64,000 bases of DNA from Dimorphilus gyrociliatus. Taxonomy: Eukaryota; Animalia; Annelida. The stretch spans positions 788,156-852,155 of the forward strand of contig CAJFCJ010000013.1 in the NCBI GenBank assembly GCA_904063045.1, given 5' to 3'. Positions 1 to 12,214 of the stretch are shown piece by piece (the first letter of the stretch is position 1; each line of letters starts with the position of its first letter). The translations under genes and the position numbers were made by a program. Below the pieces are notes generated by a model that had not been told where the DNA came from, searched no databases, and saw only the letters and a list, made by a program, of their open reading frames with translations.

Positions 1-77
1 GTCCAGATTACATAGACTTTATGCAATATTACCTATTAAAAACATATCAGATTAAATATTCCCTTTGTATTTTACAG

Positions 78-595
78 TTTGTCTTAGAGCTGTTGGTGGC
101 CAGGTCGGTGCTACTGCCTCTTTGGCCCCTAAAATTGGTCCCTTGGGATTGGTAAGGTCTAGTGAAATTGGCTATTTAAACTGTACTCACTTTTTCTTAT
201 TAAAATAGTCTCCAAAAAAAGTTGGTGACGATATCGCTAAAGCTACCCAAGATTGGTTAGGATTGAAAATCACCGTTCAACTAACAATCCAGAACAGACA
301 AGCTAAAGTCAGCGTTGTTCCAACTGCCTCCTCATTGCTCATTAGAGCTTTGAAAGAACCACCAAGAGACAGAAAGAAGGTGAAGAACGTCAAGCACAGC
401 GGAAACCTTTCCTTTGAGGAGGTTGTTAACGTTGCCCGTACCATGAGACCTAGGTCACTCGCCAGAGACTTGGCTGGAACCTGCAGGGAAATTTTGGGAA
501 CGGCTCAAAGCGTTGGATGTACGGTTGATGGACAACATCCTCACACCGTGATCGAAAAAATCAAGGCCGGAGAATATGATGTACCAGAAGAGTAA
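78..595 (+). CDS. RPL12: 60S ribosomal protein L12 (uL11), 5'-partial; exons 78-151 and 209-595, first exon lies upstream of the window
   Basis: Joined translation reads [24 protein letters not shown]|[32 protein letters not shown]...KHSGNL...[10 protein letters not shown], the hallmark RPL12 sequence. The 57-nt GT-AG intron at 152-208 keeps frame. Confidence 0.97.
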
Positions 596-2864
596 AGTTA
601 TTCTATTTGAATACATTCTCTGAAAGCTAAAGAATTTTTGCTTTTTTTCGTTGCTATCAGTTTTCGATACCTAATATGCGCTCTTTGTGGTGACCCTATT
701 TTAAGAAAGACATTTAGCACTATAGTTAAAAATCTCTTTACTGAGGGTATCTAAAGATTTTTCCATAGCAATTTGTCTATTAGCATTGTATATAGGCTTA
801 AATGAAAAAAGCACAATGGGAAGTTTTCAATAAAATATTGTTCCCATAAGCTCAGCTTAAACCATCTATGTCTCAAATTTTAAATCCCAAAGTTTAAAAA
901 CAAATATCAAAACGGCATGTTTATTGGACAAAAGATATAACATAAAAACTATGACCACATTTTCCTGTCAAAACATGAGAATTTAAAGTATTTACGAGTA
1001 TACGACCAAGGAAACAATTAGGTATAATTCAAGACCAAGGCTACCTTAATTTAAAGACTTTTCCAACAGATTTTAATAAAACTAATTTCACTTACTAACA
1101 ACAACTACAAAATCACTGCTATATGGAGACAGTATACTAGACCGGCATTTGCAATAAATTACACAATATAGTTACCGATTCAATTAGGTATTCTCTGAAA
1201 ATGAGAAGAGATACTATTTAAACATTTTCACAACATGCCATATCCAAAATAGCTCAAAAATTCCTCCATTACCAATTAACATGATATTGCAAACAAAAAG
1301 GAATTTCTTCGATACTCTTATTAAAATTGAGACGAACTTCAAAATAGCTGATAACAGTCCTTTTACGAAAATGATGCACAATGCATACAATGAATACAGT
1401 AAATTTCGGTAGAACTTTACGAAGGAACGCTTTAACGCTGTTCATTACCGCAAAAAGCTCTGGCTTTTTTATGCGGCTAAAAAGTAGTTACTGAGTAAAT
1501 TTGCTCCCCACTCGACTAATATCACAATTATGTTTATATACTGACTATGTACTAATTACGCTTTTTGTTTCAAAGTCTACAAATATGAATCCAGCCAAAT
1601 TTGCGTATTCAATATATAAAAAAAGTTATTACTATTCTGTTTGAATAAGCGTAAATTAAGAATATATTGGAAATAAAAGTATGAAGTCATGTAAAAATTG
1701 ATTATTTCTATTTTTACTCTTTATCTCTACAATTTCCTTTCTCTTCTTAAATCTTTATTTCTCCCACATTCTCATCCTTTTGTTCACCTACAACATCTTT
1801 ATATTATTTTCCTTTTCAAATAATATTCCCAAGTCAAAGGTTAATATGAAGAATAACCTTCTTCTTCAGTCAAAGAATAGGAAGATAATTAAATTTTTTC
1901 CATCCATTCTAGATGATTTACAATTTTTTTCTCATCCAAAAGATAAGCAGTACTGGTTAAATAAGACTATATGACATCTTAACAGTTACTCAGCTTCCGG
2001 AGCAAAAAAAAGGAAAAGTAATTCACTAGAACATCCTAAACTTACATTGTTTTTCTTTGTAGAACAAAAACGTTGTATAAAGGGAATATAAAACAAAAAG
2101 AATAGAAGGTTTTAGTTATTAATAATTTAACTCTTAAATATAATTTTCAGGTAAATTTTCTCCATTTTAAAACTAACGTCGCCATATTAGTTAATATTTT
2201 GTTCTTTTATTATATATTCTTTTTTTTTATTACTTCTATAATAATAGTAAAATCAATTTTTTACTAATGTTTTGCTGTAATCTTCATTTTAAAACTGATT
2301 TAAAGTGGTCTCCTTCTATTCATTTACCATATTCCTTTTATTGTTCTCAAAATAGAATATTAGAACAAAGAAGCGAACGCAAGGTTTTCCTGTTTATTTA
2401 TTATATCATTATTTACAATTATCCTATATAATGTATTAATATTTACTGCATCTATTTAGAATGAAGATAATAAATGTTTCTTGGAGCCCAACGACCTTTC
2501 AGTCTTTAATAGAACAATTGGATCTGGAAATAAATAAAATGACGTAGGCCTACGATTAATGGAAGTATCTTCCCGAATACGAAGCGAAGAGGCAGTTTAC
2601 GTCATCTTAAATTATTAAATAGTTAAGAAAAAGTTCAGCATCTTTAATCATTCATTCATAATGATAATAATAAAGATTTGTATATCTTTAAGCGTTCATT
2701 CTCCCAAAGGAAGGAGAAAAAGAAGAGGAAGAAGAAGAAGAAGTAGAAGCAGAATAAGATAAAAAAGGATTATAAAAGAATATTTATTATAGATAAAATT
2801 TTCTCTGAACAACGATAATAATAATAACATATTAGTGATTATGTTTTGGAGAGGTATACTCTTC

Positions 2865-5724
2865 TCAACTCTTCGTCTTAAAACTGCTGGCGTTGTTCTT
2901 GTATCTTGATACCACTTCGCTTAGTTCCGTCATAAATGATAGCTTTTTAATTTGTTCTGTAAAACAAACAAACAAGAATTAAAGATAAAATATAATAGAA
3001 AAATGACTACTGACCGTCGGGTGGAGCAAAACTATCGACATCTGCGTATAAATGCTCTTCGGTATTAGTTGATTCATCAATAATTGTATCTCTATGGGAA
3101 TACCCAGTCTTCCTTTGATATATAGATTCGATAAAGTCGTTATAATAGGTTAATTGATTAAATTCTGATTCGTTGAAGCTAAATGCCAAACGCGCATTTA
3201 TTCTACTAGCCAAGAGTTTATGTGATACTTCCAAATTCGTACAATACTGGCAAGATTTGTGCATAGCATGCACTAATAGTAAAGTAGAAGAATCTCTCTT
3301 CCGAAAAGATTTTCTTTCAATAATCTCATTTAGGAATGTTAAGGGATAGATATGATGGGCGTTAATTGAAAATATTATTCCATCGAATTGTTCTTCTTTT
3401 GTTAATGGAGCAAAGTTGTGTAAAGCAGCTATAACTATTTCGACAGATATTATCTTGTTATTATTCATTCTACATTGTACCCTCAGTGTTGTTTGGTTGT
3501 CATTGCTATAGTAGAACAGGGACTGGTGTTGCAGGAAAGATTTTAACGTATCAAGGCCAATATCTATACCGCAATCGAGCACCATCATTAAGGTTAAATC
3601 TGGTTCGAACGAAGGAGCCATATGGAATGGGCATAGGAACGTTCTTCTAATTTCTATAGAATTTAATATAACTTGTGGTATCGAATTTATCGACTCCGAT
3701 GTAAATATGCATTGTAAATTTGAGGCCATTCTTTCACCCTCCTGCCTCAAGCTTGGCTCGGAACAATAAACAACAGATGGCGCTCCGCGAAAAGGCGCAG
3801 CATCCGATTGAATTAGACTGAGTATGAGTGACTTTACGTATGATAAAGATGTCGAATCGCAGAAATGCAATAAAACCGAGTGAAAATCCAAGTTTGTCTT
3901 CTCCATAGTACTATAATATTCAAGCTGCTTGTCTTCGTAGAGAACCGGTAAACGAGTTAATAAATCAGTTTGGGTAGAAATGACTAGGATCCGAACCGAT
4001 TTTTCGGCTTTCTCTAAAGTAAACTTTGAAAATGGTTTAACAAATTCTTCGGGAGATGGAGCCAGTATTGCCGACGTCAAACAACAACTATGAATAAATA
4101 GGCAACGATTAACCGGTAAAATTATACAAAGGCGAGTTGTATCAACGAAACATTCTATGATCTTTCTTCTATCTTCTTCTAATGCTGCTAGATCCGTATA
4201 TCGCGGATCGTAGGAGATCATTTCACAAAATTCTTTTATTTTTATTGTCTTCCTCGCAGTTTCACAGGCCAAATCGACTAGATTTCTTAATAATGACTTT
4301 GTAATACGTTTCTGACACGTAAGGTATAGCTTCTCCTTAATCTGATCATTCAACTGATGAAAACATTCTCGACTTTTTATATAAATACTGATTTGGTTTA
4401 AATTCAAGCCCGGCTTGCAAAGATTCGGATTTTCGTCAAATATCGCCAGGAAATCTGCTTCGTTACGCTGTAGATCGGCTTCCTGTTTTTTATTTTCGAT
4501 GAATTGGTGATAAGCTTCTTCAGCCTGACTAGAGTATAGGAATTCAGAGGGAATTTTCGTTAGAGTCAAATCACCATTAGACGAATCTTTAATTAAAAAG
4601 TGAGCATCACTAGAAAAATGGAATGAATATTGAGGTTTGCAAAGTAGAGTTTGTCTGGTAGCTTTCCAATTATTATAAAATAACTCTTCTTCAGATATAC
4701 ACTTTAATTTGTCAATGACTAATTTACTATAAATTTTTGATCTTTCTTCAGCGAAATCCGAACCGAGTTTCGATTGAACCTTCTTAAATATTTCTTTAGC
4801 TTTAGTAATACCGCATTCATGAATCATCATCTTATAAGTTGGACGCTCTTTTATATGATTATCAACCTCTATCCAAGAATCTCGATGATTTTTTACCTGC
4901 TTTTGTAGCATTGTTTCAAATGATAGACTTATTTGAGACAGATATTCCTCTCTTCTCTTCAATGCCTCCTCGTAACTGCAAATGGTAATTGGAGTTGATT
5001 TTCTGCTTTTATACTTCTTCCATAAGATTTCGAACACGTGTTGTATGTTAACATTCTTCAATGCAGAGGTATGTACCAAAGGAATAGAATAGTTCTTAAA
5101 AGGTTTACCAGATAAAAGATACTGAACGTCCTGCAATACCGCCAAAGATTGACAATCGTTCTTTGTAGTAACTAAGACGATTGGTTTATTTGTGCTAATT
5201 AGCGATTTTAATAAATCTTTAGAATTGCAAAATTGTTCATCTCTCTTAGCTTCTTGATCTCTTGAGACGTCGTATACGTAAATGAAAGCGTCAACTGAAA
5301 ATTCATTTGGCATTTCCGCAACTCCATCTGGTTCCAAGCCTAGTTTATCTCTTCCCAAATACTGAGTTTTACCCGATGTATACAACTTTAACGTTTGACA
5401 TCTTTCTGCGTAGGTTTTGTCAAATTGAAAGGGTTTAAAAGTCATATCATCAAGAAATTGAGTATGTTCAATAATATGAAAGTTAACGCTTGTTTCCTTA
5501 CAGACTGCATGCTTCTTTGTTCCCCAATAGAGAAAGTGTTTATTGGCGATAGTAGCCGAACTAAAGTCCGTCGAAGAAATCAAGGAGCTATGATTTGTCG
5601 AAAATCTATCTTCCGAATGATTAAAAAATCTATCAATCAAGCAGCTTTTACCAATGCCACAGTATGCTTGACTACTACTCAAGCCTACAACGGCTACTTT
5701 GAGATTCGGAGAATTCCCACTCAT
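2865..5724 (-). CDS. RhoGAPp190: p190RhoGAP-family protein (N-terminal GTP-binding domain, FF-repeat region, probable pseudoGTPase region), apparently lacking the C-terminal RhoGAP domain; exons 5724-3015 and 2956-2865
   Basis: N-terminus VAVVGLS...CGIGKSCLIDRF...HSSLISSTDF...HFLYWG...IIEHTQFLDD...TKND...TSA matches the ARHGAP35/ARHGAP5 GTPase domain. A G|GTCAGT donor at 3014 and a TTTTACAG acceptor at 2957 (58-nt intron) add EQIKKLSFMTELSEVVSRYKNNASSFKTKS-stop. Confidence 0.85.
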
Positions 5725-5953
5725 TTTTTAGATGCTGAAACAATCCAATAAGCTGATCAACATAAACGTTTCAAAATTTAAACTGTATATACAGATATTA
5801 GATATTGCATTATTATTTTTATATTCTTTTCAATAATATTCATAAAAAATGCAGTAAAAGATACCATATTTCGCGGACATCTCCAATATTTACAACATTT
5901 CGAATCTCATCGACAGCCATTTTATGCGACCTTCACCTTTTTTAGATCCATGT

Positions 5954-5970
5954 TTCAGCGACATCTGCCA
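5954..5970 (-). promoter_or_regulatory. CTCF-like motif TGGCAGATGTCGCTGAA upstream of the p190-like start
   Basis: The 14-mer CAGATGTCGCTGAA recurs exactly at 57472-57485 (+). It resembles the AG(A/G)TG(G/T)CGC CTCF core. Confidence 0.35.
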
Positions 5971-6854
5971 GATGTTAAACCAACCGATAGCGTATGATTC
6001 ATGCCCATATTTCCATGAGGGTAACAATAGCATTATAAACGTGTTACCCAGTCCCTTTATTCTAAAATTTTCAATAATAACATCACGTAAAGGATAAATT
6101 ACGTCACATTTATACTTTTCCCTTGTTCCTCCCATGATATTCCCTCTATCAGATTAGTTGACCGAAAATAATTTCACTTCCCATTAAGCTTAATTATCGT
6201 TAATAACGTCTACAGTCAAGGACTAATTATGTTTTAATTATGCTTCGTTACTGTATGTGTTAGTCATTGTTGCCTTTCACAGAGCTGTCAAAGGATGAGT
6301 GTAAAATACTCACGAGTCACAGCAACAACAGTAGGTACTTATGAAAAACACAAGAAAAAAAGAGAAACAACAACTAACTCATAGAATTTTCAAACCAAAC
6401 TTTATCAACCATCCTTATCCCCTCCCTATCCAACTTGTATTACAATAACTATAAAGCAAAATAGTAACAATAGAATGGGATAGCACATAACATAATAGAA
6501 TAAATAGGAAACCTTTTCCAAAGAAAAAAAAAAAATCTTTTTCCATTTTTATGTGAAAAATTGCACATTGGAGACGAAATAATTTTTTGCCTTTCTCTTT
6601 TATAGGCGCATTTCCAAGCAAAAAGGGAAAAAGAAGTAAACTGCGCAAATATCAAACACAATAAGTATACAGAGAGCAAGAGTATATATATGTAACGGGT
6701 TTCCCTATACTTTGCTTTCTCGTAACAACCTCATAAGAAACTATGAGAAAAATAAAAGAGAAAAAATATCACTTTTTTCTTTTCAAAAAATATCATTATG
6801 CAAACAGAGAGAATTGATTAGACGCTTTTGGTAAAGTTTCACTTTAAGGCCTCG

Positions 6855-9456
6855 TTAGAACGCCATAGAAGGTCCTGGATAATAGATTCCATCTAAAAAA
6901 GTATTATATAAGTTAATTTCTTTGTAGTAGGTTAAAAAATGGAAATATCTTACTATCAATATTGGAATTCTTCGGGAAAATGTTATCCTCCTTGTTGCGA
7001 GATATTCTTGGTGGTTTCATGTTTCTACCTTCTTGCTGGTCCATCTTCTTTATTCTAATTTGTCTCTCTTTTCTTCGTCTAACTTTTTCCTTTTCTTCTT
7101 CCTTCCTCCTCTTAGCTTTCTCCTTTTCCTCTGCCTTTCTCTTCGCAGCTTGTTCTTTATCCTTTGCCTTAATGATTCTCAATTCAATTTTTCTCTCTTC
7201 CGTTAGTTCTTCTTGCGGTTCTTTTTTGAATGGATTTTTTAATGATGTTACTCGATCCCAAAATCTACGGAAAACACCTCTTTTCTCTAACATATTTAAT
7301 CGTTTCTCCAAGAATACAATGCGTTCTTCCATATCCTCAGTTCTTTGTTCACTCTGAAGAAGCAAAATATGAACTTCAATCGCCCGCCTAAATAAGGCTA
7401 AAAACTGTTCGGGAGTTCGTCTATCAATTTCTCCATTCGGTAACCTATAAGGTTCATTTTGAACAACTTCTTGATCTGTATTTCCTTCAGGATTCATGAT
7501 AGTTTCATCGTCGCTGCCCTCTTGCCCATCGAGACAAAGAGAGTGAAACTTTCCGCCCTTTTTCAATCTCAAAATGCAGTCATCTTCAGAGTCTTCGCCA
7601 AAATCGATGTCTTCGTCAAATTTCGCTCGTCGCCTCTCAGACCTTTTCCTAAATAATTTCCTCCTAATCTTAATTTTCTTCTTTTTCTTATCAACATTGT
7701 CTGCTCCTTGAATATAGATGGTCTCATAACCTAAGGTTTGTATTCCCTCGAAATCTTTCATTTTTTCGGCAAACGAAGTATATCGTTTTTCTTTTTCGGC
7801 TTCTCTAATACTTTCCCGTAAACTTTCAATAATTTCTCTACGACGTTGCATTTCCTCTTCATCTAATTCAACTTCATCTTCAATATCAAATACTTCGTCG
7901 TTTGTATAACAGTAATCGTCGTCGTCACCGTCCTCATCGACAACTTCGTCATATTCGTAATCAGTTTTTTCTTGAAAGTTTACAAGGTCAACTTGTCCAT
8001 TTTCTACCTCAGTTTCTATTTCAGTTTCTTTTTCTGTCTCTAGCTCGGTCTCACCTTCGATCTCTCGTTCAGTCTCTGTTTCAATCTCTGTTTCAGTCTC
8101 TGTTTCAGTCTCCCTTGCCATCTCTTTTTCGGTTTCTACTTCGGGATCTTTCTCTGCTTCAACCTCAGTCTCTACTTCGGTATCTGTTTCAGCCTCTTTT
8201 TCAACAACCTTTTCAGCCTCTTTTTCAACAACCTTTTCAGCCTCTTTTTCAACAACCTTTTCAGCCTCTTTTTCAACAACCTTTTCAGTGTCCTTTTCAT
8301 CCTCCTCTTCGACGTCTATCTTTATCTCCATATCAATTTTTTCATATTCTTTACGGGGTGTATTTTTCTTTTTTTTAATAGTAAAACTATATGGGTCTGG
8401 AAAGTAATAAAGAAAGTGCGAGTAAAAAAAAAATGCTGTGTAAAAATTCTTACTGTAAAGTCCAAGATCCATATCGGGGACACAGGCCTCTCTGAACATT
8501 TCTTGCTCGTTATACAATTCATTACTTCGAGTTCGACTCCTAAAGCCTTCCTTAAAATCGAAACTGCTGCAAGGTTCGTCGTCATACTTTGGAAGAAAGT
8601 TTAATTCTTGACAAGCCTTATCTCTACACTTATCAGCTAAATCGAAACCGCCGCATGCTTGATCTTCATATTCTATTCCAAAATCCATAGTACCAAATAC
8701 TTCTCTTATTATCTCATTTCTAGATTTCTTTTTAATGGCAATACGAACACCACTAGATTCTAAATCCAATTCACCACAAGCTTGATCGTAACCCTTGTCT
8801 TCAAATCCACCACAAGCTTGATCGTAACCCTTATCTTCAAATCCACCGCAAGCTTGATCGTAACCTTCGCTAGCATCGAATCCACCACAAGCCTGGTCGA
8901 AACCTTTGTCTTCAAATCCACCACAAGCTCCTTGGGCTTCGCTTAGATCTAGAGAATGGAGAAAATCAATAGTCAATTTATTGTCGTAATTAATATCTTT
9001 AAAATTAAAAGACTTTCCTACCTAAATCGACAGCTCCTGTGCATCCTTTGCCGCTTGAACCATCAACGTAACACTCCGCAACGGTTTGCTGTTCAGGAGT
9101 AGTAATAGTTGACATATCTGGCTCAGTATCGTTATCGGTCTCTTCGTTCAGCGGTTCAAAATCTGATTTCAATGAGAAAACTAGTGAAAAAAGTTATTTA
9201 AGATTTCATTCTTGTACTTACCAGAGGATGGAAAAAGGCAGCTGAGAAGTGAAGATGCGAAATCGTCTGGTTCTTCAATAATACCATATTCTTCTTTGAA
9301 AAGTTCAATCAAATCGTTACCGTACAGCATATCTAAGTATTGTTTGGTCATGAATGATTCCTTCTTTAACATCTGTACATTATTTTTCATTTCCTTCACT
9401 TGTCTCTTAATTTCTCTCTTGTTCATAATTACAAAGTAGTTAGCTTTATTAACCAT
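6855..9456 (-). CDS. Uncharacterised acidic, low-complexity protein with Cys-containing tandem repeats and a basic coiled-coil C-terminus; 5 exons (9456-9222, 9180-9022, 8948-8454, 8396-6954, 6892-6855)
   Basis: The 91-aa and 687-aa ORFs join in frame through canonical introns of 41, 73, 57 and 61 nt with matching phases. The model ends NIDNGIYYPGPSMAF-stop. I recognise no domain. Confidence 0.8.
8188..8288. repeat. Coding 24-bp tandem repeat, 4 perfect copies plus a partial (EKEAEKVV on the - strand)
   Basis: Unit TTCAGCCTCTTTTTCAACAACCTT read directly in the sequence. Confidence 0.95.
8768..8945. repeat. Coding ~36-bp imperfect tandem repeat, about 5 copies (EDKGYDQACGGF on the - strand)
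   Basis: Recurrent TCAAATCCACCACAAGCTTGATCGTAACCCTT(G/A)TCT units. A detached copy (YEDQACGGFDL) lies at about 8640-8672. Confidence 0.92.
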
Positions 9457-10353
9457 GTTTTAACAAGTTTTTTAGATACTTTAAGAGTGCTTGGATGAAA
9501 AATAATAACGCTGGCAGATCGATCAGAGCGCCTTATAAAGGCGATCCATGGTTGAGAACCTACTCAATACAAAAAGTTCACAAAAAACCATTTTAGTTCC
9601 AATTTTAACCGAATATTATCTTTTTATGCTAATTTTTAGAACACTCACGTTAGGTTAAAAGCGTTTTAATAGGCAAGATTGTATCTTTAAGCTGAAAAAT
9701 TACTCCTACAGGAGAGTTTATCGTTGTCTTATAATAATTACATTTAATTACAAATACACTTTATACTTTAACATTTCTGATCATATTCTTTCAAAAAATT
9801 TCCTTAAAATTGTTTTACAAAGCATATAACTTTCGAAATATTCTTCTATAGAACAATATAACAGTGTCTCTTATTTTTTGTTGAACCACGTGCTTTTTTT
9901 TAATTTTATGGTAATTTCATTAAAAAATTTCTTCCATTCTCCTCCTTTGATAGTGAGGAAACATTTTTTCCTATTACAACTAAAATATAATGTGTCATTT
10001 ATGAGAAAATTTCCGTACCAGATAAAGGACAGTGTATGACTATTTTTTAAAGCTTTCGATAGGCCTATTTTACAGCTACTTCCGGATTTTAATGGGTGAA
10101 ACTAATTACTGAACACAGAGTGTCATTAAATTAATTCAATAATTTTGAGATTTTTGAACGCATTAAATTATTATTATATTCAAATTTTTTAGAATTATTT
10201 TTAGCTCTTCAGCTAAATTAATGTAATATAATATCAGATATTGACTTAGGAGTAGAAATTGACACGCTTGAGGATTTTTTAAAATCTATCACTATGGTAT
10301 TGAGTAGCGGTTTGCAATACCACTTAATTGTGTGTGACACTTAGAGGTAACAG

Positions 10354-10652
10354 ATGTTAGTCTTTGTGGCCGTATCGTCCTTTCGCGTCGAGCTCTCCTT
10401 AAGGTAAGACCTGTGTCTTTATTATATATTAATTTAGTAATAGGTTTATTTGTAAGATTTAGAACTTAGGTTTAGTCTTTAGCAAAGCGCACTAATATAT
10501 ATTTCATTAACAAAATGTAAAAGTTATTGCGAGCTTTTTACAAATATTCTTAGCGTTAGAAAGTTTTAAGGCTTCTTTTCTGACCACGTGCTCTTTACAT
10601 ATTTGCACATTAGACAAAAAAATTAATTTTTTTTTTTGACAGAGGCGACGAG
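10354..10652 (+). CDS. Candidate distal first exons of BCAT: 10354-10403 (ATG..AG|GTAAGA) and 10643-10652 (10-nt exon, or a longer form to 10754)
   Basis: Strong splice signals (TTTTTTGACAG|AGGCGACGAG|GTAAGC). The phases join in frame to the BCAT exon starting at 12804, giving MLVFVAVSSFRVELSLRGDE|IFRK. No transcript evidence. Confidence 0.4.
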
Positions 10653-12159
10653 GTAAGCAGGCCTGCAGGGATTGAAAAAGTAGAAGGAGCTGATTCCAAA
10701 AATTTGGCCTTGCATTTCAACCTTGATGATAGGTGGTTAATCGATTGCTACGAGGTTAACCGCACTGGTACAATACGACGTCACTTGCAATAGAACATTC
10801 CTGTGACAACTCTTTGTTGAATTTTAACTGTTTATCTGAATTGTTACATTTGACTTTGAGAATGTTATTGAATGTTGTTGAATTATACCTTTTACAATAG
10901 GTACCATTGCGTTTTTCTCACCTTCCGCGGAAGTAAAATGTGAATTTGCTGTACCAAGTCTGCAGTAGTTTCATTTTTAATTGTTTTTAATATTTCAGAC
11001 GGGTCCATTTATATGTAACGTAAGAAGTCATGTTGTAAAATTATATACACTGTATAGCTTGCTTCGTGAACTCGACAACTTAGGGCATGATATACAATAA
11101 AAGCACTTCAAAAATATTTTCACATATACTTTTGTTCTAAGCGCGAAAATGCTCTATAGCATAAATACTAAGTACCTTTCTATAAATACATTATTAAGTA
11201 TTTGAGAAACTTACTTAGAAATTCTTCAAAATGCTTATGTTTTTTGATGAGATTGACCTTCAAGTTTGTCTATTTGCCGAACAGAACAACCTTTAAATTT
11301 TTAGAATTTGACGATGCATGTAATACAAATAAGTTGTTCCGGAAGATTGTTAGTCTGATAATTTGAAACTGATTGTTTACCTTTCGAAGAGGCTAAAAAA
11401 CTCTGGGTATTTTCTTACAGGTGAAAAAGGACTCTCTCTAGAGATTCTTGACATTTAGCTAAGAAGACAAATCAATTTCCTTTTTCAGATCAGGGAAATA
11501 GTAAAACATTTATCAAAAGAATGAAAAAGGATAGTTTACGTTATCATAGATATTAAAAGGAAATTGCTTTTAAAAAAAAAACAAATAATGAAACTATCAT
11601 CCATTTGCATTCGAGTAGTACAACCCTAAAAGAAGATTATGAATGTTGCAAGTCAACGAAAAGGATATCGCCGTGATATGGATGGTAAATCCTTAAAATG
11701 TAGATTTCGTTTGTCTTTAGAGAACGAGGCTTAATACTAGAAACTTTTAGGGTAAAATTCATTCATTCGTGTGGAAATCTTGAGGAAAACTGATTAGGCA
11801 AGTTAAATTGACGAAGCGAAGAAAAAATCAAACTAATTCACTCGACTATAAAAAGTAGTTTGAGTAAGATCTAAGTAAGAATTGGGAAGACTTTGACAAA
11901 CTATATCCAATCATCTAACAATGCTAATTGGTTAAAGGAAGAAAATAATTTAGAGGAATAATCATTATTAAAAATCCTCAATTTTTAAATAGAATTTATC
12001 CGACATCTTTTCTCTTTCCCTATCTCTGTTTATCGATGAAAATTTATGCTTTTTTTTTCTTTTTTAAATTCCAATACTAGGCCTACTCACTTTTTAATTT
12101 ATCATATCTGATTTGATGTATCTCATTATTATTCAATACTTAATGAAAGTTTGTATAGT

Positions 12160-12172
12160 CACTAGGTGGCGC
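12160..12172 (+). promoter_or_regulatory. CTCF-like motif CACTAGGTGGCGC about 45 nt upstream of a candidate proximal BCAT first exon
   Basis: Near-consensus match to the CTCF core C(A/G)C(C/T)AG(A/G)(G/T)GGCGC. Confidence 0.5.
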
Positions 12173-12214
12173 CCCTTGCTGATTACTTTAATCATTTTTA
12201 GATTAGATGAGCGA

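Noticed and set aside
1-77. Possible intronic snoRNA in RPL12
   Set aside because: The intron is cut by the window edge and no convincing C/D or H/ACA structure is visible.
5395-5751. 118-aa plus-strand ORF
   Set aside because: Antisense shadow of the p190 GTPase domain with no recognisable motif.
6962-8604. Several plus-strand and off-frame ORFs (131, 65, 158, 87 and 62 aa)
   Set aside because: Antisense or off-frame readings of low-complexity, repeat-rich coding sequence, which is naturally poor in stops.
8768-8945. 36-bp direct repeats that superficially resemble a CRISPR array
   Set aside because: The repeats are contiguous with no unique spacers, are in-frame protein repeats, and lie in an intron-containing eukaryotic gene.
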